From an uncultured Chloroflexia bacterium (GTDB lineage: Bacteria > Chloroflexota > Limnocylindria > Limnocylindrales > CSP1-4), in contig CAWHDR010000005.1 in the NCBI GenBank assembly GCA_963828165.1, forward strand, positions 160,001-224,000: a stretch of DNA of 64,000 nucleotides, in the 5' to 3' direction. Position 1 is the stretch's first letter; each line of letters opens with the position of its first letter. Of this stretch, positions 47,905 through 57,724 are shown piece after piece. The translations under genes and the position numbers were made by a program. The notes beneath the pieces were generated by a model, which did not search any database, was not told the DNA's origin, and saw only the letters and a program-made list of their open reading frames with translations.

Positions 47905-48963
47905 TCAGACCTCCGACACGCTGACGACGGCCCCGGTCCGGGCGGACTCCTCGGCGGCCTCCATGACGCGCAACCCGCGAACCGAGTCGAGCGGATCGAC
48001 CGGGCGTTCGCCGGTACCCCGGACCGCATCCCGGAAGCCCTCGTAGTACCAGCGGTAGTCGCCGCGGTCCGTCCGGACCGGCGTGACCGAGCCATCGCTC
48101 GCGTAGATGCGGCCCCATCGCTCGGGCGGGTCCTCCCCGAACCCGGGATCGTCCGGGCGCATGCCCGCGAGGAGCTGGTCCTCCTGGGGATCGGCGTCCT
48201 CCTTCACGTACTCGCCGCCAAGACCGCGGATCCGGAACCGCGGTCCGGTTCGCGCGGCGATCAGCGACGTCCACAGCCGCGACCGCACGCCGTCGGCGTG
48301 ATCGATGGCGAGAAAGGTGGAATCGTCCACCTGACTGCCGGCCCGGCGCCGGTCCATCTGGGCGAACACTCGGCGAGCCGCACCGAACAGGACCAGGCTC
48401 TGGTCCACGAGGTGCGCGCCCAGATCGCGATGCGGGCCACCGGCCTCCTCGGCGGCCTCGCGCCACTGGTCACCGACGACGCCCCATCGCTCGAACCGCG
48501 CCTCGAAGCTGTCGATCTCGCCGAGGGTGCCCGCCGCGAGGAGCGACCTCACGGTCAGGAAGTCACCGTCCCCGCGCCGGTTCTGGTAGACGGACAGGAT
48601 CCGGCCCGAGCGGTCCGCCGCCTCAAGCAGCGTCCCGGCTTCCGGGACATCCATCGCGATCGGCTTGTCGACCACGACGTGCCGCCCGGCCTCCAGCGCG
48701 CGGATCCCGATCGGCACGTGGGACCGGTTCGGGGTCACGACCACGACCATCTCGACGTCGCCGGAATCCAGGAGCTCGTCGACGGTCGCGACGACCGTCG
48801 CTCCGGGGTGCTCGGCCGCTGCCTGCGCCTGCCGTTCCGGGTTCGAGGTGGCGATGACGGCCAGCCGCAGGCCATCGACCGCGTCGATGTAGGGCGCATG
48901 GAACAGGCGGCCGGCCAGCCCGTAGCCGACCATGCCGACACCGATCGAGCCCCGCGACACCAT
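47905..48963 (-). CDS. Gfo/Idh/MocA oxidoreductase (scyllo-inositol dehydrogenase IolW/YdgJ-like)
   Basis: VGYGLAGRLFHAP, VVDKP, YQNRR.DGDF, DLGAHLVDQ. Confidence 0.87.
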   Translation of the reverse strand: MVSRGSIGVGMVGYGLAGRLFHAPYIDAVDGLRLAVIATSNPERQAQAAAEHPGATVVATVDELLDSGDVEMVVVVTPNRSHVPIGIRALEAGRHVVVDKPIAMDVPEAGTLLEAADRSGRILSVYQNRRGDGDFLTVRSLLAAGTLGEIDSFEARFERWGVVGDQWREAAEEAGGPHRDLGAHLVDQSLVLFGAARRVFAQMDRRRAGSQVDDSTFLAIDHADGVRSRLWTSLIAARTGPRFRIRGLGGEYVKEDADPQEDQLLAGMRPDDPGFGEDPPERWGRIYASDGSVTPVRTDRGDYRWYYEGFRDAVRGTGERPVDPLDSVRGLRVMEAAEESARTGAVVSVSEV

Positions 48964-48972
48964 CGTTCGTGC

Positions 48973-50214
48973 CTAGCCGGCGAGGTAGGGCGTGGCGACC
49001 TCGCAGAAGCGCTCGGCGACTCGCCGCGCAGCGGCCTCGTCGTCGCTCATGCGCAACCCGAACGGCGCCAGGTTCGCGTCGAAGACGCCGATGCCGATGC
49101 TCAACGAACGTGCGAGCAGGGCGTCGGTCACCGGCAGCATCCCGCGATGGTATTCGGCGTCGCCGGCGCCGAAGCACGAGCAATCGAAGGGGCAGCCCTT
49201 GCCGCTGACCGTCCGCCGCTCGAGCAAGTGCTCCATGTTCGAATAGACGTGCCAACCGGACGCGTCGAGCGTGATCGAGCCGAGCTCCGTCGCGACGTTC
49301 CGCGCGATCTCCGCGGACGGGAAGGTCACGACGAGGTGCGTCGCGAGGTCGCCCTCGGGATCGACCACCGTCCGAAAGCCGAGCCCGGGAAGCTCCGCGA
49401 TCGTCGATTTGACGATCTTCTTGTTCGCGCGGAGATGTGACCGGATCAGGTCGAGCTTGCGGACCTGGGCCAGCAGGACCGCGCCCGACAGCTCCGTCAT
49501 CCGGAAGTTCATGCCGAGGAACGGACGCTCCGCGTACTTCGAGCCGAGGCGGTTCGGCGCGTGACCCTGGTCGTGGATCGCGAACAGCCGGCCATACAGG
49601 TCCTCGTCGTCGGTGACGATCATCCCGCCATCGCCGCAGGTGATGGTCTTGTACTCGTTGAAGCTGTAGACCCCCGTGGCGCCGATCCCGCCGACTCCCT
49701 GGCCCTGATACGACGCGCCAAAGGCCTGCGCGCAGTCCTCGATGATCGGGATGCCGTGGCGGTCCGCGACATCCTTCAGCTCGTCGAGCCGCGCTGGAGC
49801 CCCCAACATGTGGACGACGATGATCGCCCGCGTGCGGGGCGTGATCCGCGCCTCGACGTCGGCCGGATCGAGGTTGAACGAGTCGTCGATCTCAGCGAGC
49901 ACCGGCGTCGCCCGGGCGTAGACGATGGCGGAGATCGAGGCGACGAACGTGAAGCCCGGCACGATCACCTCGTCGCCGGGCCCGATGCCGAGGCCGAGCA
50001 GCGAGATCCACAGCCCGCCCGAACCGCCGCCGCTCAGGCCCAGGGCGAACTTGACCCCGGCGAGCGCCGCGATCTCCTGCTCGACGTGACGCACCTTCGC
50101 CCCGAAGTTCGGATCGTCGGCGCTGCCGTAACGGCTCAGGGAGCGGCTGGTGAGGACCTGCATGACCTCGGCGATCTCTTCCTCGCCGATCAGCTCGACA
50201 CCGGGTCCGGGCAT
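48973..50214 (-). CDS. DegT/DnrJ/EryC1/StrS PLP-dependent aminotransferase
   Basis: GDEVIVPGFTF, IEDCAQA, SFNEYKTITCGDGG, GMNFRM. Confidence 0.92.
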   Translation of the reverse strand: MPGPGVELIGEEEIAEVMQVLTSRSLSRYGSADDPNFGAKVRHVEQEIAALAGVKFALGLSGGGSGGLWISLLGLGIGPGDEVIVPGFTFVASISAIVYARATPVLAEIDDSFNLDPADVEARITPRTRAIIVVHMLGAPARLDELKDVADRHGIPIIEDCAQAFGASYQGQGVGGIGATGVYSFNEYKTITCGDGGMIVTDDEDLYGRLFAIHDQGHAPNRLGSKYAERPFLGMNFRMTELSGAVLLAQVRKLDLIRSHLRANKKIVKSTIAELPGLGFRTVVDPEGDLATHLVVTFPSAEIARNVATELGSITLDASGWHVYSNMEHLLERRTVSGKGCPFDCSCFGAGDAEYHRGMLPVTDALLARSLSIGIGVFDANLAPFGLRMSDDEAAARRVAERFCEVATPYLAG

Positions 50215-50232
50215 GCCGGCTCTCCCCTCTTT

Positions 50233-50252
50233 CCGTGCAACCGATTGCACGG
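50233..50252. promoter_or_regulatory. LacI-type operator 1
   Basis: CCGTGCAACCGATTGCACGG palindrome with central CG, between the divergent degT and iolE genes. Confidence 0.75.
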
Positions 50253-50323
50253 CACCCTACCAGCACGATAATCTGACCGTCAACATCGGAGGCTGGCGAG
50301 ACGAGCGGAGGGTCGGGAGCGAC

Positions 50324-51217
50324 GTGAGCGATCTCCTCGAACGAGTGGCGGGCGCGCCGATCACGTGGGGCGTGGACGGTTCGCCGGGCTGGGGCTACCT
50401 GATGGGCCGGGACCGGGTCCTGCGCGAGATGGTCGAAAGCGGTCTGTCTGCGACCGAGCTGGGTCCCGACGGCTACCTGCCGACCGATCCGGCAGAACTC
50501 CAGGACTACCTCGCGCAGTTCGACCTGAGCATCGTGGGCGGCTTCGTGCCGGCCCTGCTCTACCGACCGGACCAGATCGAGGCCCAGCTCGAATACGTGA
50601 CGCGGGCCGCTCGGCAGCTGGCCAGCACCGGCTCCAAGGTCTTGGTGCTGGGACCGTCGTCGCATCACCCCGGGTACGACACGTCGGTCGACATGGACGA
50701 CGACGAATGGACGGCGTTCCTCACGAACCTGCGGCGCCTGGAAGACGTCGTCACCGACGCCGGCCTCGAGACCGCGCTCCATCCGCACTGGGGCATGGCG
50801 ATCGAGACCGGCACGCACATCGACCGATTGCTCGAGTCGTCCTCGGTCGGGCTCTGTCTCGACACGGGCCACGTCTACCTGGCCGGCAGCGATCCGGTCG
50901 ATGTCGCGCGCTCCGCGCGCGGTCGCGTCCTCCACGTCCACCTCAAGGACGTCGATCCGGCCAAGGCCGCCCTCGTCCGGAGCGGCGAGATGCCCTTTCG
51001 TGAGTCTGTCATCGACGGCCTGTTCGTGCCCCTCGGGCAGGGAGGCGTCGACATCGCCGGCGTGATCGCTGCACTCGAGGCCGACGGGTACCGCGGCTGG
51101 TATGTCCTCGAGCAGGACGTGTCGCTGAAGGGCGAGCCCCCGGTCGGCGAGGGCCCGAAGGCCGACGCGGTCGACAGCGTGGCGTACCTGAGCAGTCTGT
51201 CCGGGGCTCCTGCGTGA
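50324..51217 (+). CDS. iolE: Inosose dehydratase IolE/MocC-like TIM-barrel protein
   Basis: APITWGV, TELGP, HPH, DTGH, HLKD, EQD; iolD in the same operon. Confidence 0.78.
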   Translation: MSDLLERVAGAPITWGVDGSPGWGYLMGRDRVLREMVESGLSATELGPDGYLPTDPAELQDYLAQFDLSIVGGFVPALLYRPDQIEAQLEYVTRAARQLASTGSKVLVLGPSSHHPGYDTSVDMDDDEWTAFLTNLRRLEDVVTDAGLETALHPHWGMAIETGTHIDRLLESSSVGLCLDTGHVYLAGSDPVDVARSARGRVLHVHLKDVDPAKAALVRSGEMPFRESVIDGLFVPLGQGGVDIAGVIAALEADGYRGWYVLEQDVSLKGEPPVGEGPKADAVDSVAYLSSLSGAPA

Positions 51218-52137
51218 GCCAGCGGGCCCTGAGCGACCTCGAGGCGACCTGCGTCCTCCCGGCGCGGGCCCGACTGGGTGAGTGCCCGACCTGGAGTCCC
51301 GATGACGCGCGGCTCTACTGGATCGACATCGACGATCGGGCGATCCACCGCTACGACCCGCAGTCCGGGCTCGATGAGCAGCGTCCGACACCGGGACGCC
51401 CGGGCTCCCTGGCCCTCACCGCCACCCCGGGACGACTCCTCGTCGCGCTGGAGGGCCGGCTGGGGTTCTTCGACTGGCCATCGGGAGTCTGGCGCGATTG
51501 GATCGCGCTCGAGCCGGAGGGCTTCGGCAATCGCCTCAACGACGGGCGTTGCGATCCGGCGGGGCGCTTCTGGGTCGGCTCGATGTTCGATCCGGCTGTA
51601 GCGGGCAATGCCACGGGGATGCTCCATCGGATCGAGCCGGACGGGACGGCGGTCACGGTGCGGTCGGGGATCGGCGTGGCCAACGGCCTCGCATTCGCCC
51701 CGGACGGGCGAACCATGTACTTCGCCGACACCCCCAAGGAGACGGTCTGGGCGTACGACTACGACGTCGATACGGGCGAAGCCAGGAACGAGCGGGTCTT
51801 CCTCGATTTCGAGCCGTTGCCTGGCCGCCCGGACGGGGCAGCGGTGGACGAGGCCGGCTGCTACTGGATCGCGGCCGTCATGGGCGGGTTGGTCCTCCGG
51901 GTGACGCCGGCCGGGGACATCGATCGGCGGATCCGGGTGCCCGTCGAGAAACCGACGATGCCCGCGTTCGGCGGGCCGGGTCTGTCGACCCTGTACATCA
52001 CGACGATCGGTGGCGGCGGATCCCACGAGGTCGACCCGAGCCAGCCCGACGCGGGTGGCCTCTTCGCGCTCGAGCCTGGTGTCAGCGGGCTGGTAGAGCC
52101 GCGGTTCGGCGGCGGTACTGGCGCGGGGGTGATGTGA
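51214..52137 (+). CDS. SMP-30/gluconolactonase family protein
   Basis: LGECPTW, NRLNDG, NGLAF, PDGAAVD, FGG. Confidence 0.9.
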   Translation: MSQRALSDLEATCVLPARARLGECPTWSPDDARLYWIDIDDRAIHRYDPQSGLDEQRPTPGRPGSLALTATPGRLLVALEGRLGFFDWPSGVWRDWIALEPEGFGNRLNDGRCDPAGRFWVGSMFDPAVAGNATGMLHRIEPDGTAVTVRSGIGVANGLAFAPDGRTMYFADTPKETVWAYDYDVDTGEARNERVFLDFEPLPGRPDGAAVDEAGCYWIAAVMGGLVLRVTPAGDIDRRIRVPVEKPTMPAFGGPGLSTLYITTIGGGGSHEVDPSQPDAGGLFALEPGVSGLVEPRFGGGTGAGVM

Positions 52138-53132
52138 CCGCGACGACGCCGCCGGTCTGGTTCGAACGCCCCGTGCTCGCCGAGGTGGCGGCGAACGTGG
52201 CCGGCCGATGCACGATCCTCGGTCCCGCGACTGCGGACGACCCGTTCGCAGGCGTCGGCGCCGCTGCGGCGGCGGTCGTCGGGGCCGCGCCGTTCGGCGA
52301 GGTGGCGATGGAGCGCGCCCCGGGGCTGGTGGTCATCGCCCGGACCGGCATCGGCTACGACGCGGTCGACGTCGCCGCCGCGACCCGGCGCGGGATCCTG
52401 GTCTGCAACACGCCCGACGGCCCGACCATCTCGACAGCCGAGCATGCCGTGACGTTGATGCTGGTCGTGGCAAAGAACGTGAAGGCCGCCGAGGGCGCGC
52501 TCCGGACCGCCAGCGCGATCGGCTACTACAGCCGTCACGACGGCATCGAGCTCGACGGCAAGGTCCTGGGCCTGGTCGGCTTCGGCCGGATCGCGCGGCA
52601 TGTCGCCCGGATCGCCGGTGGCCTCGGGATGCGCGTCACGACCTTCGACCCTTACCTCCCCGCCTCCGCCCTACCCGCCGGGATCGACCGCATGGACACC
52701 TTCGACGCGCTCCTCGGGGTTGCCGATGTCGTGTCCGTTCATGTCCCGCTGACCGACGAGTCCCGCGGCCTCTTCGGCGCCGCCCAGTTCGCGGCGATGA
52801 AGCGTGGAGCCGTGTTCATCAACACCGCGCGTGGCGGACTGGTCGACCAGGATGCCCTCCTCGGAGCGCTCGACGACGGCCACCTGTTCGGGGCGGGGCT
52901 CGACGTCACCTCGCCCGAGCCGCTCCCCGCGGGCCACCCGTTGCTGGGCCGAGACGACGTCGTCGTCACTCCGCATGTCGCCTCAGCGACCGCGGACGGC
53001 AAGGCGCGCATCTTCCGGCTCGCGTTCGAGCAGGCGATGGCCGCCGTCCAGGGGCGGCGGCCCGAACACCTGGTCAATCCCGAGGTCTGGGAACGCAAGG
53101 CAGCGGTGCCGTACGCAGGGGTGGGCAAGTGA
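52134..53132 (+). CDS. D-isomer-specific 2-hydroxyacid dehydrogenase (SerA-like)
   Basis: RTGIGYD, GFGRIA, HVPLT, INTARG, GAGLDV..EP, TPHVA; GTG overlaps the upstream stop. Confidence 0.9.
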   Translation: MTATTPPVWFERPVLAEVAANVAGRCTILGPATADDPFAGVGAAAAAVVGAAPFGEVAMERAPGLVVIARTGIGYDAVDVAAATRRGILVCNTPDGPTISTAEHAVTLMLVVAKNVKAAEGALRTASAIGYYSRHDGIELDGKVLGLVGFGRIARHVARIAGGLGMRVTTFDPYLPASALPAGIDRMDTFDALLGVADVVSVHVPLTDESRGLFGAAQFAAMKRGAVFINTARGGLVDQDALLGALDDGHLFGAGLDVTSPEPLPAGHPLLGRDDVVVTPHVASATADGKARIFRLAFEQAMAAVQGRRPEHLVNPEVWERKAAVPYAGVGK

Positions 53133-54304
53133 CGAAGACGATCGGGATCGGCGTAGTCGGTTTCGGATGGATGGGCCAGGCGCACAGCCGCGCCTACCGC
53201 GACATCCCGGTCTACTTCCCGGAGACCGGGATCCAGCCCCGGCTGGTTGCGGTCGCGGACAACGTCCCCGCACGCCTCGACCTCGCCCGTGACAATTTCG
53301 GCTTCGAAACGGGGCATCTCGACTGGCGCGAGCTCATCGCCCGCGATGACGTCGATGTCGTCGACGTCACCGCGCCCAACGCCCTCCACCGCGAGATCGT
53401 GGAAGCAGCGGCGGCTGCGGGCAAGCACATCTCGTGCGAGAAACCGGTCGGCATCGATCCAGACGCGACCGCCGCCATCGAGTTGGCCGGACGGCGGGCC
53501 GGCGTCGTCACGGGCTGCGGCTACAACTACCGCTGGGCGCCGCTCGTCCAGCACACCCGCCAACTGGTCGCCGACGGGCGGCTCGGCGACCTGACCCACT
53601 ACCGCGGGCGGTTCTTCTCGATGTACGGACGCGACCGGCTCGGCCTGCTCTCGTGGCGATTCCTCCAGGAAGAGGCGGGCTACGGCGTCCTGAGCGACCT
53701 CATGTCCCACGCGATCGACATGGCCCAGTTCCTGTGCGGACCGATCAGCCGGGTCGTCGCGGTCAAGGAGACGTTCATCAAGCAACGGCCCCTGCCGACG
53801 CCCGGTTCCGGCACGCATTACGAACGGGGCAAGCCCGGCGACCCGACCGGCGCCGTGACCAATGAGGACTACGTCGGCGCGCTCGTCGAGTTCGAGAGCG
53901 GCGCGCGCGGCACCCTCGAGTGCGACCGTTCCATCGTTGGGCCGCAGAGCTCCATGGCTTTCGAGCTCAACGGCTCCAAGGGCGCCGTCGGGTGGGATCA
54001 CGAGAAGCTCAACCAGCTGCGGTTGTACCTTCCCGAGGAGCAGCCCAACGACGGGTTCATCGAGGTCCTCGGCGGCGACGCCTTCCCGAATCACGGGAAC
54101 ATCGTCCCGGGCGGCGGCAATTCGATCGGCTACGAGGACATGAAGCTGATCGAGGCGCTGGCGTTCCTCAAGTCCGTCGTCGCCGGGCAGCCCCACGACC
54201 CGGGGTTCACCCAGGCCCTGGCCAACGCTTCGGTCGCCGCCGCGATGGTGCGCTCGTGGTCGTCGGGGGCATGGGAAGACGTCGTCAGCCTGCGCATCGA
54301 TTGA
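53129..54304 (+). CDS. Gfo/Idh/MocA oxidoreductase (inositol dehydrogenase-like)
   Basis: IGVVGFGWMG, CEKP, DLMSHAID. Confidence 0.88.
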   Translation: MTKTIGIGVVGFGWMGQAHSRAYRDIPVYFPETGIQPRLVAVADNVPARLDLARDNFGFETGHLDWRELIARDDVDVVDVTAPNALHREIVEAAAAAGKHISCEKPVGIDPDATAAIELAGRRAGVVTGCGYNYRWAPLVQHTRQLVADGRLGDLTHYRGRFFSMYGRDRLGLLSWRFLQEEAGYGVLSDLMSHAIDMAQFLCGPISRVVAVKETFIKQRPLPTPGSGTHYERGKPGDPTGAVTNEDYVGALVEFESGARGTLECDRSIVGPQSSMAFELNGSKGAVGWDHEKLNQLRLYLPEEQPNDGFIEVLGGDAFPNHGNIVPGGGNSIGYEDMKLIEALAFLKSVVAGQPHDPGFTQALANASVAAAMVRSWSSGAWEDVVSLRID

Positions 54305-54317
54305 GGTACGCGCCAGG

Positions 54318-55079
54318 ATGCTGAAGAACCTGACGAAGGCGAAGCTGGCCGAAGGAAAGGCCGTCTTCGGCTGCTTCGTCCGGACCGCCGAGCCGTCGCT
54401 GATCGAGTACGTCGCCATGCTCGGCTGGGACTTCCTCGTGCTCGACGCCGAGCATGGGACGCTCCTGCCGAACCATGTCGAGGACCTGTGCCGGGCCATC
54501 GAGCCGCGCGGCGTGACGCCGATGGTGCGGGTGACGACGAACGACCCGCCGACGATCCTGCGCTACCTCGACACGGGCGCCCACGGCGCCCACATCCCGT
54601 GGGTCAACAGCGCCGCCGAGGCCGAGCGTGCCGTGCAGTCCGTGAAGTACTCGCCCCGCGGCATCCGCGGGCTGGCCGGCAGCCGGGCGTCGGAGTGGGG
54701 GCTCCGCGAACCCCTGAGCGACTTCGTCGGGCGATCCAATCGCGAAACGCTGATCGTGATCCAGGTCGAGACCCAGGACGCCGTCGACGCCATCGACGAC
54801 TACCTGGCGATCGATGGCGTCGACGTCCTGTTTCTCGGGCCGACCGACCTCTCCCAGTCCCTGGGTCACCCGGGCGACCTGGGCCATCCCGACGTCCTGG
54901 CCGCCATGGACCGCGTCGCTGAGGCCGTCGTCGGATCGGACAAGGTCCTCGGGATCTACGCGGGCACCGCCGACATGACTCGTGAGTGGCTGGACCGCGG
55001 GGCGCGCTACTTCACGACGTCACTGGAGCCATTCCTACGGGATGGCATGACCCGGCACCTGCAGCACGTTCGAGGATGA
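54318..55079 (+). CDS. HpcH/HpaI-family aldolase
   Basis: LDAEHG, GIRG, QVET, FLGPTDLS. Confidence 0.9.
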   Translation: MLKNLTKAKLAEGKAVFGCFVRTAEPSLIEYVAMLGWDFLVLDAEHGTLLPNHVEDLCRAIEPRGVTPMVRVTTNDPPTILRYLDTGAHGAHIPWVNSAAEAERAVQSVKYSPRGIRGLAGSRASEWGLREPLSDFVGRSNRETLIVIQVETQDAVDAIDDYLAIDGVDVLFLGPTDLSQSLGHPGDLGHPDVLAAMDRVAEAVVGSDKVLGIYAGTADMTREWLDRGARYFTTSLEPFLRDGMTRHLQHVRG

Positions 55080-55086
55080 CGAAGCC

Positions 55087-56931
55087 ATGAAGACGATCCG
55101 GCTGACCACCGCCCAGGCCATCGTGCGATGGGTGCTCGCGCAGCGGACGAGGATCGACGGTGAGGACGTGCCGATCTTCGCGGGCGTCTTCGCGATCTTC
55201 GGCCACGGCAACGTGACATCCCTCGGCGAGGCGCTCGAGCCGGTCCAGGACGAGCTGCCGACCTACCGCGGCCACAACGAGCAGTCGATGGCCCTCGCCG
55301 CGGTCGCCTACGCCAAGGCCATGCGGGGTCGGCGGATCATGATCGCGACCTCGTCGATCGGCCCCGGCTCGACCAACATGGTGACTGCCGCTGCCGTCGC
55401 CCACGCCAACCGCCTGCCGGTCCTGCTCTTCTCCGGCGACACCTTCCAGCACCGCATCGTCGACCCCGTGCTCCAGCAGGTCGAGCATTTCGACGACCCG
55501 ACGCTGACGGTCACCGACACGTTCAAGCCCGTGAGCCGCTACTGGGACCGGATCACGAAGCCCGCCCAGATCGTCCGGTCGCTGCCGCAGGCCCTCGCCG
55601 TGATGCTCGACCCGGCCACGCGCGGCCCGGCCTTCTTCGCCCTGCCACAGGACGTCCAGGCCGAGGCATACGACTTCCCGGAGCGGTTCTTCGAGCCGAA
55701 GGTCCACTACATCCGCCGGCCTGGCCCCGATCCGCGCGACGTCCAGGCGGCCGCCACCCTCATCAAGCACGCCCAGCGACCGCTGATCGTGGCCGGCGGA
55801 GGCGTCCATTACTCCGGCGCGGTCGACGTCCTGCGCTCCTTCGCGGAGCGCCATGCCATCCCGGTCGTCGAGACCGTCGCGGGCAAGTCGACACTCACGC
55901 ACGACCATCCCAACTACGCCGGCCCGATCGGGGTCACGGGATCGACCGCGGCGAACGCCGTGGCGGAACGGGCCGACGTCGTCATCGCGGTGGGGACGCG
56001 GCTCCAGGATTTCACGACGGGCTCCTGGTCCGTGTTCGCCGATCCGGATGTCCGGTTCGTGGCGGTGAACACGGCCTCGTGGGATGCGCACAAGCAGGGG
56101 GCGCAGCCGGTCGTCGGCGACGCCAAGGTCTCGCTCGAGGCGATCGACGCCGCCCTCGGCACGCACGCGGCACCACCCGAGTGGCTGTCGACGGCCGACG
56201 AGCGCATCGCCGAATGGCACGCCTATCTGGATTCCTGGTCCGGGCGAACGCATGACGGCCCGCCCGCCTATGCCGAGGTCATCCAGGTCATCAACACGGC
56301 CGCCGACCCCGCGGACTACATCGTCTCCGCGGCCGGTGGCCTGCCCGGCGAGCTGAGCATGGGCTGGCGCTCCAAGGGGATCGGGACGTTCGACTCAGAG
56401 TACGGCTACTCGACGATGGGCTACGAGATCGCCGGAGCGTGGGGCGCGCGGATCGCCCGGCCGACGGGTGAGGTCATCGCCTGGGTCGGCGACGGCTCGT
56501 ACCTGATGATGAACTCGGACATCTACTCGACGGTGATGACCGGTCAGAAGGTCATCTTCATGGTCTGCGACAACGGCGGCTTCGCGGTCATCAACCGCCT
56601 GCAGGTCAACACCGGCGGAGCCGAATTCAACAACCTGCTCCGCAACACCAATCACGAGCGCTACTTCCAGGTCGACTTCGTGAAGCACGCCGAATCGATG
56701 GGCGCGATCGCCGAGCGGGTCGAGACCATCGACGAGCTGCCGGCGGCGTTCGCCCGGGCAAGGGCCGCCGACCGGAGCTACGTCATCGTCATACCTGTGA
56801 GCGAATACACCTGGACCGAGGGCGGTGCTTGGTGGGAGGTCGGCGTGCCCGAGGTCAGCGAACGGGCCGCGGTCCGCGCGGCACGTGAGGACTGGGCCGC
56901 CAAGAAGCAGCGCCAGCGCGTCGGCGTCTGA
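55087..56931 (+). CDS. iolD: 3D-(3,5/4)-trihydroxycyclohexane-1,2-dione acylhydrolase
   Basis: IFGHGNV, NEQSMA, SSIGPG, EYGYSTMGYEIAG, GDGSYLM, INRLQ, WWEVGVPEVS. Confidence 0.95.
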   Translation: MKTIRLTTAQAIVRWVLAQRTRIDGEDVPIFAGVFAIFGHGNVTSLGEALEPVQDELPTYRGHNEQSMALAAVAYAKAMRGRRIMIATSSIGPGSTNMVTAAAVAHANRLPVLLFSGDTFQHRIVDPVLQQVEHFDDPTLTVTDTFKPVSRYWDRITKPAQIVRSLPQALAVMLDPATRGPAFFALPQDVQAEAYDFPERFFEPKVHYIRRPGPDPRDVQAAATLIKHAQRPLIVAGGGVHYSGAVDVLRSFAERHAIPVVETVAGKSTLTHDHPNYAGPIGVTGSTAANAVAERADVVIAVGTRLQDFTTGSWSVFADPDVRFVAVNTASWDAHKQGAQPVVGDAKVSLEAIDAALGTHAAPPEWLSTADERIAEWHAYLDSWSGRTHDGPPAYAEVIQVINTAADPADYIVSAAGGLPGELSMGWRSKGIGTFDSEYGYSTMGYEIAGAWGARIARPTGEVIAWVGDGSYLMMNSDIYSTVMTGQKVIFMVCDNGGFAVINRLQVNTGGAEFNNLLRNTNHERYFQVDFVKHAESMGAIAERVETIDELPAAFARARAADRSYVIVIPVSEYTWTEGGAWWEVGVPEVSERAAVRAAREDWAAKKQRQRVGV

Positions 56932-56936
56932 CGGCG

Positions 56937-57722
56937 ATGGGCGACTTCGACGACCGGGTGGTCGTGATCACGGGCGCCGCATCCTTCGTGGGCGAGGCGA
57001 TCGCCGCCGACCTGGTGGCCGCCGGCGCCCGCGTGGTCCTGGGTGACCGCGATGCGGACCACGGAGCGGCCGCGGCGGGGCGTCTGGCCGACGCGGCGCG
57101 TTTCGTGGCGACGGATGTGTCCCAGGATGCCGACCTGGACCGGCTCATCTCGACCGCGCTCGACGAGCACGGACGGCTCGATGGCGTGGTCGGGGTCGCC
57201 GCAGACTTCGAGGACCAGCTCCTCGGCAGCACGCGCGAGCTATGGGACCGCGTCCTCGACGCCAACGTCGGGTCGGCCGCGATGCTCACGACGAAGGGAG
57301 CCGCGGCGATGACCGCGGGCGGCGCGATCGTTCACATCGCCTCGGTGAGCGGACATGTCTCCCAGCCGGCCCACGTCGTGTACAACGTGTCCAAGGCGGC
57401 GTTGCTGATGCTCGTCAAGAGCTCGGCGCACCACCTCGCCTCGCGCCGCATCCGCGTCAACGCGGTCTCGCCCGGCTGGATGTGGAGCCGCAATATCGAG
57501 CGGCGCTACGGCACACGGGAACGGGCCGACGCCCTGGCTGCGGAGTTCCAGCCGCTCGGCCGGATGGCGGATCCCGAGGAAGTGGCCCACGCGGTGACGT
57601 TCCTGTTGTCGGACCGTTCGTCGTTCATCACCGGTGCCGAGCTGCTGGTGGACGGTGGCTACTCGACGATCGGTCCCGAGGCGCTCGGCCAGCCGTTCGA
57701 GAAGGTCCGGACGATCGTCTAG
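56937..57722 (+). CDS. SDR family oxidoreductase
   Basis: VITGAA, YNVSK, RVNAVSPG, FITG..LLVDGG. Confidence 0.9.
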   Translation: MGDFDDRVVVITGAASFVGEAIAADLVAAGARVVLGDRDADHGAAAAGRLADAARFVATDVSQDADLDRLISTALDEHGRLDGVVGVAADFEDQLLGSTRELWDRVLDANVGSAAMLTTKGAAAMTAGGAIVHIASVSGHVSQPAHVVYNVSKAALLMLVKSSAHHLASRRIRVNAVSPGWMWSRNIERRYGTRERADALAAEFQPLGRMADPEEVAHAVTFLLSDRSSFITGAELLVDGGYSTIGPEALGQPFEKVRTIV

Positions 57723-57724
57723 CG